DNA of 54,541 bases. It comes from a virus (taxonomy: Duplodnaviria > Caudoviricetes). The notes beneath the pieces are model-generated. The model had not been told where the DNA came from, ran no database searches, and was given only the letters and a program-made list of their open reading frames with translations. Numbering within the stretch: the first letter of the stretch is position 1; every line of letters begins with the position of its first letter. The stretch is from positions 1 to 54,541 of IMG/VR virus record IMGVR_UViG_3300021420_000043. One strand, 5' to 3'. The translations under genes and the position numbers were made by a program. This document shows, piece after piece, positions 17,867 to 26,918 of this stretch.

Positions 17867-18616
17867 TTAATGAACAAAATGCAGCGCGACATTGATGATG
17901 CCGATACAAGCCACGACAACACCGGCCAGCACCGCAGCCACGGCCCAGTTCTGCATGGTCTTTTCGGCCCCGCCGACGCCTTTGTCGGCACCGCTGCGCA
18001 GCGATTCGTAACCGGATTGCATGGTGCGCAACAGTTCGGCATTGGCCGGTTCGGTCACCGAGCCTTTGCCTTCGCCCTTGTCGAGCCTGGACTTGAGGTC
18101 ATCGACCTTGGCGTTGGTGGCGCGGTTTTCCGAAATGAACAATTCGCGCAACTGGCGCAACGATTCCAAGGTCGAACTTTCCGACTTGGCAATGGCAATG
18201 CTGTTCGATGTGTTCTGCGCGCCGACCGCCTCTTTCGCCGCTTGCAACGCCGCCGCGATGGCGGTGGCCGACGCCAAGGCGAGTTGATCGGTACGTTTGT
18301 CGCGTTCCGTAAACTGCACCTCGATGCGCTTGAACACCTCATCGTTGGTGCCGTCGATCAGATCAAGCTTGGTTTGAATAAGTTCTTGCAGTGTGACCAG
18401 GCGCCGATTGACTTCCTCGTGCGTCGCGTTGGTCGCGTGTTCGTTGCTGTTAAATCTGGTTTCGAGCCGCGCATCAAGCTGAGAGATGGCGCGATCGACC
18501 AGCGCGGCTGTCAACACGGACGGATCGGGAATTGGAATGTTGCTCAATACGGTATGGGCACCGGCTGGTTCGACCATGGGACACACTGGTTTTTTGAGTA
18601 CAGATTTTCGTTTCAT
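17867..18616 (-). CDS. Coiled-coil protein with a C-terminal transmembrane helix
   Basis: Heptad-rich; AIAAALQAAKEAV; hydrophobic C-terminus; start uncertain (18616 or 18577). Confidence 0.7.
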   Translation of the reverse strand: MKRKSVLKKPVCPMVEPAGAHTVLSNIPIPDPSVLTAALVDRAISQLDARLETRFNSNEHATNATHEEVNRRLVTLQELIQTKLDLIDGTNDEVFKRIEVQFTERDKRTDQLALASATAIAAALQAAKEAVGAQNTSNSIAIAKSESSTLESLRQLRELFISENRATNAKVDDLKSRLDKGEGKGSVTEPANAELLRTMQSGYESLRSGADKGVGGAEKTMQNWAVAAVLAGVVVACIGIINVALHFVH

Positions 18617-18820
18617 AACAACGCTTCTCGAAAGAATAGCGGCGGGGAGCCGGTGCGCGGTTGGCCCCTTGGGACCAAACGATCGTCTGCCGGTCGCGAT
18701 GACGCGCCGAGTCAGTGAAACTCTTTCCCCGCCGCAGCGGATGCTCGACGGGAGGTCATCGGCGAGCATCGCGCAGGGGCTGGCGCCCCATGTGAAACTC
18801 GTTCGTTGTTGTTTAGAAAA

Positions 18821-19075
18821 TCATGCGCCGGCCAACGCGCCGCCTGGCGCCGAGACGCGCGGATGATATTTGCGCTGCGCCGCGGCGCGCAATTCTCGGG
18901 CGCGGTTGAATATCGGTTTCAGCTTGGCGCGATCGAGCATGACCACGGCAGCGTCAACGATCGAATGAACCAGCCGATCATGACGCACAATGTCGGCCAA
19001 GAGATGGGGCAACTTGTCGAGCGCGGCATCATCCATGATGGCGGATCGGATCAGCGGCTTTTCGATTATGCTCAT
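18821..19075 (-). CDS. Hypothetical protein
   Basis: ATGA-coupled to the peptidase gene. Confidence 0.55.
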   Translation of the reverse strand: MSIIEKPLIRSAIMDDAALDKLPHLLADIVRHDRLVHSIVDAAVVMLDRAKLKPIFNRARELRAAAQRKYHPRVSAPGGALAGA

Positions 19076-19857
19076 GTGATCACCGGGGTGTTGCCTTTTG
19101 AGGCGAGGTTTTTCAGATCGGCAATCAACTGGTTATAATCAAAACCTTCCGGCGATTTCTGGTTGACCATCGCTTCGGTCGAAACATACACCACGGCTTC
19201 CTCGGCGTAGCGATCAAAGAACGCTCGCGTTGCCGGCACGGTGGCGCCCCAAGTCACGATCATCAAGCCTTGATCGGCACGCCGGCCCAAAAACGGCACA
19301 TAATGACCGCCAATGTTCGTAGCACCTGGCATGACGCGCCAGACCTGATTGAGATCGAACTGGGTCTCTGCGCTCGACGGCAGATTCAAGCCGATGCCGA
19401 TCGCGTTGAACAGATAATCGGCAATGAACAAATCAGTAAGATCGGTCGGATCGAGCGACAGATACGCCGCGATCTTGTGGCGCTTGCCGGACGCATCGAG
19501 GATGCCAATGGTGCGGCTGTATTCTGCGGCACTGAGCATGTCGGTGCCGGCGTCGCTGCCGGGAATTTTCGGGTCGTAGCCGGTGACGGCGGCATAATCC
19601 GCAATCACGCTTGCGTCGGAGAACACCGCGGCGTTGCCGCCTTCGGCGGTGAGCATCATGGTTTCGTGGGCGCGACCAGCCAGCACGCAATTGGACAGGC
19701 GATCGTTGGCGAGCATACCCCAGCCGTTCGCCGGCACCAGGTCATAGTGACCAAACACCGCTGGCACGGCGGGAAAGGCCGATCGATCGATGTACGTTTT
19801 GAGCGCGAACTTGACCGCGCCGGGATTGAGAATCAATCCGCGTTTCAGGTCAGCCAT
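19072..19857 (-). CDS. Papain-like cysteine peptidase (candidate endolysin)
   Basis: NDRLSNCVLAG (Cys), GGHYVP (His), IVTWG. Confidence 0.7.
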   Translation of the reverse strand: MADLKRGLILNPGAVKFALKTYIDRSAFPAVPAVFGHYDLVPANGWGMLANDRLSNCVLAGRAHETMMLTAEGGNAAVFSDASVIADYAAVTGYDPKIPGSDAGTDMLSAAEYSRTIGILDASGKRHKIAAYLSLDPTDLTDLFIADYLFNAIGIGLNLPSSAETQFDLNQVWRVMPGATNIGGHYVPFLGRRADQGLMIVTWGATVPATRAFFDRYAEEAVVYVSTEAMVNQKSPEGFDYNQLIADLKNLASKGNTPVIT

Positions 19858-19860
19858 CGA

Positions 19861-20163
19861 TCAGCCCTTATAGTCCGGATTGTTGATGGCGACGACGGCG
19901 CCATTGGCATCATAGCCATCGATGGTTGGCGCGGCGTTTCGGCCCGCGAGCGCGACCAGGTCGCGGTGCAGATCGGCATCGATGGCGGCAAACATCGATT
20001 GGATGACCGGGTTATCGAGCGCGCGAAACATCGCCGCGACAGTCGGCTCAAGCTTGACCAGTAAATCAGCGAGTGCCAACCAATCCGCAATCGAAAAGCC
20101 GGCCAATAGCGACGCAAATGATCCGCCGTTGATCAGCGCCAGCAAAGCCGTGATGAGAATCAC
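19861..20163 (-). CDS. Hydrophobic small protein, tandem paralogue A
   Basis: C-terminus IDGYDANGAVVAINNPDYKG shared with the next gene. Confidence 0.75.
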   Translation of the reverse strand: MILITALLALINGGSFASLLAGFSIADWLALADLLVKLEPTVAAMFRALDNPVIQSMFAAIDADLHRDLVALAGRNAAPTIDGYDANGAVVAINNPDYKG

Positions 20164-20202
20164 GGCCGCACCACACCTGTGCTGTGCGATGCGGCCACGA
20201 TG

Positions 20203-20508
20203 TCACCCCTTGTAGTCGGGATTGAGAATTTGCACCACGGCGCCGTTGGCGTCGTAGCCATCGATGTACTGCACCGTATTGCGGGCAGCGAGCGCGACGG
20301 CGGCGGCGTCGAGATTGGCTGCCCAGCCGGCAACGATGGCGTCGATCGCGGCGATGCCCTTGAGCAACGCGGCTTCCTCTGGCGCAAGCGCCTGCACAAG
20401 ACCGGACAGATTGAGCCAGCCCGGCATGGTCAAGCTGGCAAACCAGGCTTCAAGCGCACCTGGAATGCCTTTCAATTCCGTGAGTAGAGACACAAGAATA
20501 TTGTCCAT
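20203..20508 (-). CDS. Hydrophobic small protein, tandem paralogue B
   Basis: GGAGGT RBS; C-terminus IDGYDANGAVVQILNPDYKG. Confidence 0.75.
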   Translation of the reverse strand: MDNILVSLLTELKGIPGALEAWFASLTMPGWLNLSGLVQALAPEEAALLKGIAAIDAIVAGWAANLDAAAVALAARNTVQYIDGYDANGAVVQILNPDYKG

Positions 20509-20542
20509 GAGAAAAATGACCTCCGATTTTCGAGCGTGGCGG

Positions 20543-20872
20543 TTACTTGGTGTACGTGCCGGTGATCGGCACGACCTTGCCACTGGGCACGGTGATCCGC
20601 ACCGTCACGGTAGTGCCAAGGCGTGCGCCAAGATGGCCGCTGGGCGGCGACGCCTGGGCGATGATGTTGGCACAGATCAGATGTGCGGCTTCATCGGCGG
20701 TGCCGAGTGCCGGATCGGAAATCAGCAGCGCTGCGATCGAGGCCAGGGTTGGCTCGAAACCGCAGAACAGCTAGGCGTCGTTGATAACGTCCTGGGCCGT
20801 CACGGTGCAGGCCGAAAGCAAAAGGCCAGCCGCGACGATAGCCGCGATGGCAAACTTGTTGATATGTTTCAT
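20543..20872 (-). pseudogene. Lipoprotein gene interrupted by an in-frame TAG (20771-20773)
   Basis: GGAGG RBS; lipobox LLSAC; the frame continues 75 sense codons past TAG to TAA. Confidence 0.7.
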
Positions 20873-20932
20873 GGTCTGGACCTCCAATGGGTGAGCAAGA
20901 TACGAGAGCAGCAGGCAAGCGAACCGGCGCGT

Positions 20933-21178
20933 TTAATGCCGGCCGTTATGAAAATCACGATGATCGCGATGATCGTCTAAATTGTTGAATCGGTTTGGTT
21001 GAATGGTAACGCAACTGTCACCATAGCAGTGCGGATGAGGCTGCGGTACGACGCAACTGGCACCGAGACAATATTGGTTCGGGTAATAAACGACATGCGA
21101 CGCCAGGCCATCAGTGACGCAGCCGCCGAGCGCTAGGACGCTGGCGATCGCGACCGTCATGATAAGAGTTCGGATCAT
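20933..21178 (-). CDS. Small lipoprotein
   Basis: Signal peptide with LALGGC lipobox; YCLGASCV / HCYGDSCV internal repeat. Confidence 0.6.
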   Translation of the reverse strand: MIRTLIMTVAIASVLALGGCVTDGLASHVVYYPNQYCLGASCVVPQPHPHCYGDSCVTIQPNRFNNLDDHRDHRDFHNGRH

Positions 21179-21192
21179 TGGTTGCACCGTGG

Positions 21193-21393
21193 TTAGGTCT
21201 TGGCGAAGATAGTGGTGTCGGTGACGTAACGCATCGCGATGGTCAGACCGCCAGCGATGAGCATCGCGACGTTCGGGCCAACGAGATGGGTCCAATCGAC
21301 ACCGATCAGATAGGTCAGTGCGGCCGGAACGATCGCGATGGCCAAGCCAACGCCGATCGTGCGGAACCCTTTGAGAATGGGGGTAGCATCCAT
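21193..21393 (-). CDS. Holin-like protein
   Basis: 66 aa, two hydrophobic helices, KGFRT...MRYVT pattern; AAGGAGGT RBS. Confidence 0.65.
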   Translation of the reverse strand: MDATPILKGFRTIGVGLAIAIVPAALTYLIGVDWTHLVGPNVAMLIAGGLTIAMRYVTDTTIFAKT

Positions 21394-21425
21394 GAAACAA
21401 GACCTCCTTCTTGTGGACTTTCAGA

Positions 21426-21629
21426 TCACTTGACGACTACCGCCGCAGGCGCCGCTGCATCGACCGCGGCGTCACAAACCGGATTGGACACCGAAAGAAT
21501 TTCAGCGTCGGTGACGGGCGGAATCATGCCGCGCGCCCAGCCAGGAACCTTGGTATTGAGCAAGGTAATCATCTCGCGCTTGGCGACATCGAAGCCGGCG
21601 TTGCGCTGTGCGATCGTGGCGGGCATCAA
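21426..21629 (-). CDS. Hypothetical protein
   Basis: Coupled to the upstream stop. Confidence 0.5.
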   Translation of the reverse strand: MMPATIAQRNAGFDVAKREMITLLNTKVPGWARGMIPPVTDAEILSVSNPVCDAAVDAAAPAAVVVK

Positions 21630-21778
21630 ATTCGCCCGAACAAAAACAGGATCAGCAGGATGAGCAGGATCAGACCGATGCCACCGCCGCCGTAATATCC
21701 GGCGCCGCCGTAGCCGCCTAAATAGCCGAAGCCGCCGAACAATAGGATCAGCACGAAGATCAAAAGAATGAGGCTCAT
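21626..21778 (-). CDS. DUF3309-like small membrane protein (50 aa)
   Basis: Manual translation MSLILLIFVLILLFGGFG...YYGGGGIGLILLILLILFLFGRI; GGAG RBS. Confidence 0.75.
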   Translation of the reverse strand: MSLILLIFVLILLFGGFGYLGGYGGAGYYGGGGIGLILLILLILFLFGRI

Positions 21779-21782
21779 GTTT

Positions 21783-24134
21783 TCACTCCACGGCGACGCA
21801 AGTCAGATGCGAGGCCAAATTTAAGTCCTGGTTGTCGGATGTTGTTATGTTGGCCTGGATCAAATAAACGCATCCGGCCAAGCAGTTGAATACCTGTTGC
21901 AGAACCGCGGCGGTTGGGGCGCCGGTCGATGGTGATGCGGCGAGTTGCGGCGACCCATACAGACGCGACACCGGAGTTGGATCGATGGTCATCGATGATG
22001 AGGTCGTGGCCACGGTGACGGTTGCGGACTCAATATACGCGCCGCCGATCAGCCACGGCGCAAAATCAAATGTCAGTGTGATCTTCTCGACCGAGGCGTC
22101 GATCGGGGAAAAATCGTTGCCGTAGGGCATGGCCGGGTTATACCCTTGTAATGTCGGTTGAGACCCGGTCGTGACCGTGACGCGCAGCGGCGGCATCGTG
22201 ACGTAGCGCGGCGAACTGCCGAGAATGATCTGTTTGATCGAAGCAATCGCCGAACCAAACCACGCCGTGACGGAACGCGACACGATGGCAAGGGTGGGCA
22301 ATAGCGTGGTCAGATTGGTCGTACCGCGCACCGCCAGCGTGAGCGCGCCGTCTAGCGCCACCGCGCAGCGGACCGCTGCGGTCGTGATCGTGGTGCTGCC
22401 AAGGAAACCGCGCAACCTGGCCGCCAACGTGGCCATGGTGGTGGCGCGCAGCTCGCTCGCCAAGCGAGCGGCCAGTGCCACGACGCCGGACGGCGAAGCA
22501 TGACCGAATTGCGCAAGACGCGCCGATCCGGTGACAGCAACGTGGCCCGTCACCGATGATCGCGCCATGATCGAGGCGGCCACAGCGCCGACCAGAGCCG
22601 CGGCGTGACGCGTCGCGGCACTGGCGCGTTGGGCCAGTGAAGCAAAACCCTTAATGGCGACGGTGCCGCTGGGTGAGGCAGAGCCGCGCAACACCACAAG
22701 ACCTTTACCGGTTGCTGCCGTCAGCAAACTGAATACTGAGGCTGTGCCGGTGCCGCGCACCGCGGCGAGCGTTTTGCCAATCAGTACGGTCAGCGGCGTG
22801 ATGCCGCTTGGCACCAGCGCGGCCAATAGCGCGGTGCGGCCGGCGCCGAACAGTGCGACCGCGCCACGCGGCGCAGCGCTCATCGTGGCAGCGATCAAGG
22901 CTGCGGCAGGGAGCCGCGCCAGCATAACCGGCAACGCGCTTTTAAGCAGCACCCGACCATGGCCAGCGGCCGTAATGGCGACCAGCGCCCGGCCGAGAAT
23001 AGTGCCAGTGGCCCTGGCCAATGCCGTGCCGCCAAGCCGCACGCTATGGCGTTGCAGCGCGGCAGCCGCACCAGCGAGGGTGCCGCGTAACGCCAACGCA
23101 ACTGTGCCGATCGGCACGGCGCGACTCAACGCGGCGAGGCCGGTCGAGCCGGCGATAGCAACTTTTCCGGACGGCGCCGCATAAGTTTTGCTGGCAAGCG
23201 CGCCAGAGCCGGTCAATCGACCAAACAACGCGGCGAGATTTTTCCCGGTCTGTGCGACAAGATCGCGGGCCATAAGCGCGACGGTGCCGCGCGGTGCAGC
23301 GGCGCGTAACATGGTGCCGATCATGGCCGCGGCAGGCAAGCGAGCGATCAGAACCGGCAACGGGCTGGTGAGCCAAGCCGCGCCGCGGCCCGTCGCGGTC
23401 ATGGCAAGTCGCACCCGACCGGCGAGCGAACCTGTTGTAACAAGCACAACGACGGCGCCAAGTCTGGCACGATAGAGTTGCGAGGCACCGGCTACACCGG
23501 CAAGCACGCCGCCGAGCGTCAGCGCAACGGCACCATGTGGTAACGGCAGGCCGGTCGCGCGAGCGGCCAGGCGACCAGTGATGGCCAATGCCAGCTTGGG
23601 CACAGCCGCAGCCGCATCGAGCGCAGCACCGAGCCGCGCCGCAATGGCGACTATGCCTTTGGCTTGGCCGAACGCAGTGAGCGTCGATGCGGAGCGGCCG
23701 GATAAAACGGCGCTGCCGTGTGCGGCAGCCTTAGCGTCAAGCCCGACAATATCGACTGCGGACAAATTGAGCCGCGGCGCCGGCAACAATGGTGCAACGA
23801 CGGTGGTGCGCAGCGACGCCTGCAAGTTGGTGGTCGGATTGAAAAAGTAATCCAGCAACAAACCGCCATAGCGGTACGGCGCGCCGGAGACTGCCGCGAC
23901 CAGCTTTGGCAGCAACGCACCTGCAAACAGATAGTTTTGCGGATGGGCTTGACCAGCCAGGTGGTTCGGAAAAGCGATGCCGGGAAGCGCACCGCCTGAT
24001 GTTAAAACTGTTGGTGTCGTCGATAGCGGCTGCACCGCGCCGGGATACCGATAGGCGGTGACTTTGGTCTGGCCAGAACCATGCTGCGGGTCCGCGATAC
24101 CTGGAAGCGCATTGGCTGGCGTCAGGACGGTCAT
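21783..24134 (-). CDS. Ala-rich repeat fibre protein with a C-terminal fibre-adaptor-like domain
   Basis: About 20 aa periodic core; C-terminal LTFDFAPWL...IESATVT domain. Confidence 0.65.
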   Translation of the reverse strand: MTVLTPANALPGIADPQHGSGQTKVTAYRYPGAVQPLSTTPTVLTSGGALPGIAFPNHLAGQAHPQNYLFAGALLPKLVAAVSGAPYRYGGLLLDYFFNPTTNLQASLRTTVVAPLLPAPRLNLSAVDIVGLDAKAAAHGSAVLSGRSASTLTAFGQAKGIVAIAARLGAALDAAAAVPKLALAITGRLAARATGLPLPHGAVALTLGGVLAGVAGASQLYRARLGAVVVLVTTGSLAGRVRLAMTATGRGAAWLTSPLPVLIARLPAAAMIGTMLRAAAPRGTVALMARDLVAQTGKNLAALFGRLTGSGALASKTYAAPSGKVAIAGSTGLAALSRAVPIGTVALALRGTLAGAAAALQRHSVRLGGTALARATGTILGRALVAITAAGHGRVLLKSALPVMLARLPAAALIAATMSAAPRGAVALFGAGRTALLAALVPSGITPLTVLIGKTLAAVRGTGTASVFSLLTAATGKGLVVLRGSASPSGTVAIKGFASLAQRASAATRHAAALVGAVAASIMARSSVTGHVAVTGSARLAQFGHASPSGVVALAARLASELRATTMATLAARLRGFLGSTTITTAAVRCAVALDGALTLAVRGTTNLTTLLPTLAIVSRSVTAWFGSAIASIKQIILGSSPRYVTMPPLRVTVTTGSQPTLQGYNPAMPYGNDFSPIDASVEKITLTFDFAPWLIGGAYIESATVTVATTSSSMTIDPTPVSRLYGSPQLAASPSTGAPTAAVLQQVFNCLAGCVYLIQANITTSDNQDLNLASHLTCVAVE

Positions 24135-24150
24135 GGCGTGGCCGTCCTAC

Positions 24151-25410
24151 CTATGCCAGCGTGTAGTTCTCGGTTGCTTGACCAACAAATGGATTAGAGC
24201 CGCCGTGGGTGTCATGCGGGCCGTAGCTGATCGCGTTCACGTCGGTAGAGTTATTGTAGTAAACATTGTAATCGATGAAGCCTTTGATCCGGTCGTTTGT
24301 CGCCGCCGTACCGGCATCGACCGTCATGCCGTAGGTGCCTGGCTGGGTGTGGTTGGAAATGAGGTTGTTGTAAACCTGACCGTAAATCGCTAAGTCGCCA
24401 TAAAACTCTATTCCGTTGCCCAGGTTGCCGTCGATCGTGCAATTCATTATTGAACCGCCTCGTAGACCTATGCCGTATCCGCGGCATTTGGCAACGATCG
24501 TATTGATTACAAACCCATACCAACTAGCCCAACCCCCTCCAACTGTGTCATGAATATTGCATTGCAAGACGTTTTCGATTAGACCAGCGGCGGCGTTAGA
24601 ACCGTTTGATCCAGGCGTAACCGATGAAAATAATTCGCACGATATGAGACTGGCGCCGTCTCCGGCGACGCACGTTGTGTCGTAACCAAATTGGTCGAAC
24701 ACACAACCAATCGCTGTGACGGTATTAGCGCCGCAATACACGACTCCCTGGTTTGCGGATGTACCAGAGAATACCCAATACAAACCTTTGATCAAAGTGT
24801 TGGTGCTAACGTTCCAATATGCGTTGCACTGGATGACCGGCATGCCGCCGCTAGCGTCGGGTGGCGCCTTGTATCCGGGCGTAGCCGGGTCGTTGGCAAA
24901 TAGAATGTTACCGTTCGTCAGATCGCCGGCAACTGAGGTCAAAGCAGAAAATACATAATCGTAGGTGTATGACGACGGAGTGGGCGTACCGCTGCCGAGA
25001 ATAAGAACTTGATTGCCGGGAACGAGTGGTCCGCTCGAACTGGTGTTGGTCCAAAAGTCGGCCCAGCCACCGCCGAGATTCCAGACGGCTACAGTGCCAG
25101 TACCTGGCGAGCGGTCAAGCGTAACGGTCGTTGAATTGGTGAACGCGGTGACAAAATACCAACCTGGCGTGAAGCCGGAACCAACTGTGATTTGAATGCA
25201 ATTTCCAACCATCGCAGCGGTGAATGCAGCCGCCACAGAGTCGGAAAATGTCGTCGTTCCAGTCGCGGTTCCGGCACTCCCGCTGGCCTGCGCCGCATTC
25301 TGTTGCGAGTAATCGGTCGCTGCGCCGGCGATGCCGGCGTCGAAGCCGCCGCCGTTGGCGTTGGAGCCGCTGGGTCTCGACCGCCAGACGGCTGTTGGAT
25401 TGACCGACAC
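24151..25410 (-). CDS. Right-handed beta-helix (pectin-lyase-like) virion protein
   Basis: NCTIDGNLGNGI, NNLISNH, DYNVYYNN Asn-ladder motifs. Confidence 0.7.
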   Translation of the reverse strand: MSVNPTAVWRSRPSGSNANGGGFDAGIAGAATDYSQQNAAQASGSAGTATGTTTFSDSVAAAFTAAMVGNCIQITVGSGFTPGWYFVTAFTNSTTVTLDRSPGTGTVAVWNLGGGWADFWTNTSSSGPLVPGNQVLILGSGTPTPSSYTYDYVFSALTSVAGDLTNGNILFANDPATPGYKAPPDASGGMPVIQCNAYWNVSTNTLIKGLYWVFSGTSANQGVVYCGANTVTAIGCVFDQFGYDTTCVAGDGASLISCELFSSVTPGSNGSNAAAGLIENVLQCNIHDTVGGGWASWYGFVINTIVAKCRGYGIGLRGGSIMNCTIDGNLGNGIEFYGDLAIYGQVYNNLISNHTQPGTYGMTVDAGTAATNDRIKGFIDYNVYYNNSTDVNAISYGPHDTHGGSNPFVGQATENYTLA

Positions 25411-25414
25411 AACG

Positions 25415-25741
25415 CTAGCTCACATTGCCAGGTCCGCAGACCGTCGTATAAAGCTGCTGCGCCGCCGTGGTGTAATAGGTGGCCAGGATCGCTTGGAGAT
25501 CGCCGACCAGGGCTGCGACCGTGGTGTCAGTCAGCGGCACCGCACCGGCCAGGCCGGTGGCGTCAATGACGGTCGTGCCAACCGGCACGCCGACGATCGC
25601 CGAGATGTTGGCGTTCCAGGCCATGACCAGCGCGTTCATGGTGTCCATGTTCTTGGCGAACATCGACACGGCGCTGCGCATCAGCACCACGAAATTTGAT
25701 AGCTGTGCCAGTTGCGCAGGCGTAGCTAAAGCGACGCTCAT
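25415..25741 (-). CDS. Hypothetical protein
   Basis: GGGAG RBS; directly follows the upstream stop. Confidence 0.7.
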   Translation of the reverse strand: MSVALATPAQLAQLSNFVVLMRSAVSMFAKNMDTMNALVMAWNANISAIVGVPVGTTVIDATGLAGAVPLTDTTVAALVGDLQAILATYYTTAAQQLYTTVCGPGNVS

Positions 25742-26533
25742 TTAGCGCTCCCACCAACCCATGTCGATATTGGAGAACGCCATGCCAGCCGTGATATTGC
25801 CGAGGCCCCACATATACAGCAAGAAACTCTGCCCCGGACCAAGGGCCACGGGGGCGTGAACCAATTGAATGTTTGACACCGTCGCTGCGGGTGTTGCGTT
25901 GAATGGAAAATCGGCCGGACCAAAGACAAAACGATAATCATCGGCCACGATCGGGATGGTTGATCTGATCTGACCGCCGCCGATGATGGTGCGGGCATTG
26001 GGTCCAGCCGCTGGAACAACGACCGGCGTACCGCCCGCGGTCGATGCCGGAAAATATGGGGCGGCGATCGACGGCGCTACTAAATCCATGTTGGTGTTTT
26101 GCGTCGGCATGCGATACGCGGCGCCGGTCGCAGGCGAGCCAAGTGCGACGATGGTGGATGGGGCGCGATTGACCGAGTCCAATACGGTGGCGTAGTTCCA
26201 GGCCGAGGACGAAGTCGGAGCGGTGACCACAACGAGATGAATGTAATCCAGGAAAATTCGCTTGGCCGCGGCATTGGTCGGCGAATCTGTATTTTGAATC
26301 ACCAGAGCCGTAGCGGTCGCCGAAAACGAGGCACTCAGGCCAAGCTGCAACGACGTTGCGGCCGGCAATGTCGCTGCGGTAAAATATGAACCCTCATCGA
26401 CCAACAGGTGCTTGGTCGGCACGATCGAGGATACAATCGTGCCGCCGTAGCGATCGATTCGTTCCGGCTGTTCAATGGCATCGGAAAAAACCTGCGGCAG
26501 GCTACGACTGGTGCGACCCGTGACAGCGACCAT
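25742..26533 (-). CDS. Putative virion fibre-module protein
   Basis: 263 aa beta-rich ORF in the operon. Confidence 0.65.
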   Translation of the reverse strand: MVAVTGRTSRSLPQVFSDAIEQPERIDRYGGTIVSSIVPTKHLLVDEGSYFTAATLPAATSLQLGLSASFSATATALVIQNTDSPTNAAAKRIFLDYIHLVVVTAPTSSSAWNYATVLDSVNRAPSTIVALGSPATGAAYRMPTQNTNMDLVAPSIAAPYFPASTAGGTPVVVPAAGPNARTIIGGGQIRSTIPIVADDYRFVFGPADFPFNATPAATVSNIQLVHAPVALGPGQSFLLYMWGLGNITAGMAFSNIDMGWWER

Positions 26534-26552
26534 GGCGTGTTTACTTTCGTAT

Positions 26553-26891
26553 TTAAAGGGTTGGTGTCAGCACAGCGAGGATTTGGCTCAGTAGAGTTTT
26601 TATGTCGCTGAGATCGGGCTGGCCGGCCGGCAGACGAACCACCGCACCATAGGCGGCGGTATCGGGCGCACCATTTACCACCGCGACACGGCCCAGCGGA
26701 TTCGATGGATCGACGATGCCGACCTGCTGGCAGTAGAAAATAGTATCGACGGTCAAGGTGGTGGTGCTGCCGTCGAGATTGGTCAGCACGGTTCCGGCAG
26801 GCACCGTGATCGGCACGTTCAGCACGAACTTGCCGGTCGAGTCGGGCGGAATTTGAATCGTTGCCGTGCCTTGCGTCGGAATCCCGGCCAT
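26553..26891 (-). CDS. Putative fibre-module protein
   Basis: GGAG RBS; IQIPPDSTGK motif. Confidence 0.7.
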   Translation of the reverse strand: MAGIPTQGTATIQIPPDSTGKFVLNVPITVPAGTVLTNLDGSTTTLTVDTIFYCQQVGIVDPSNPLGRVAVVNGAPDTAAYGAVVRLPAGQPDLSDIKTLLSQILAVLTPTL

Positions 26892-26918
26892 GCACCACTC
26901 CAAAAATTAAACACGCAT

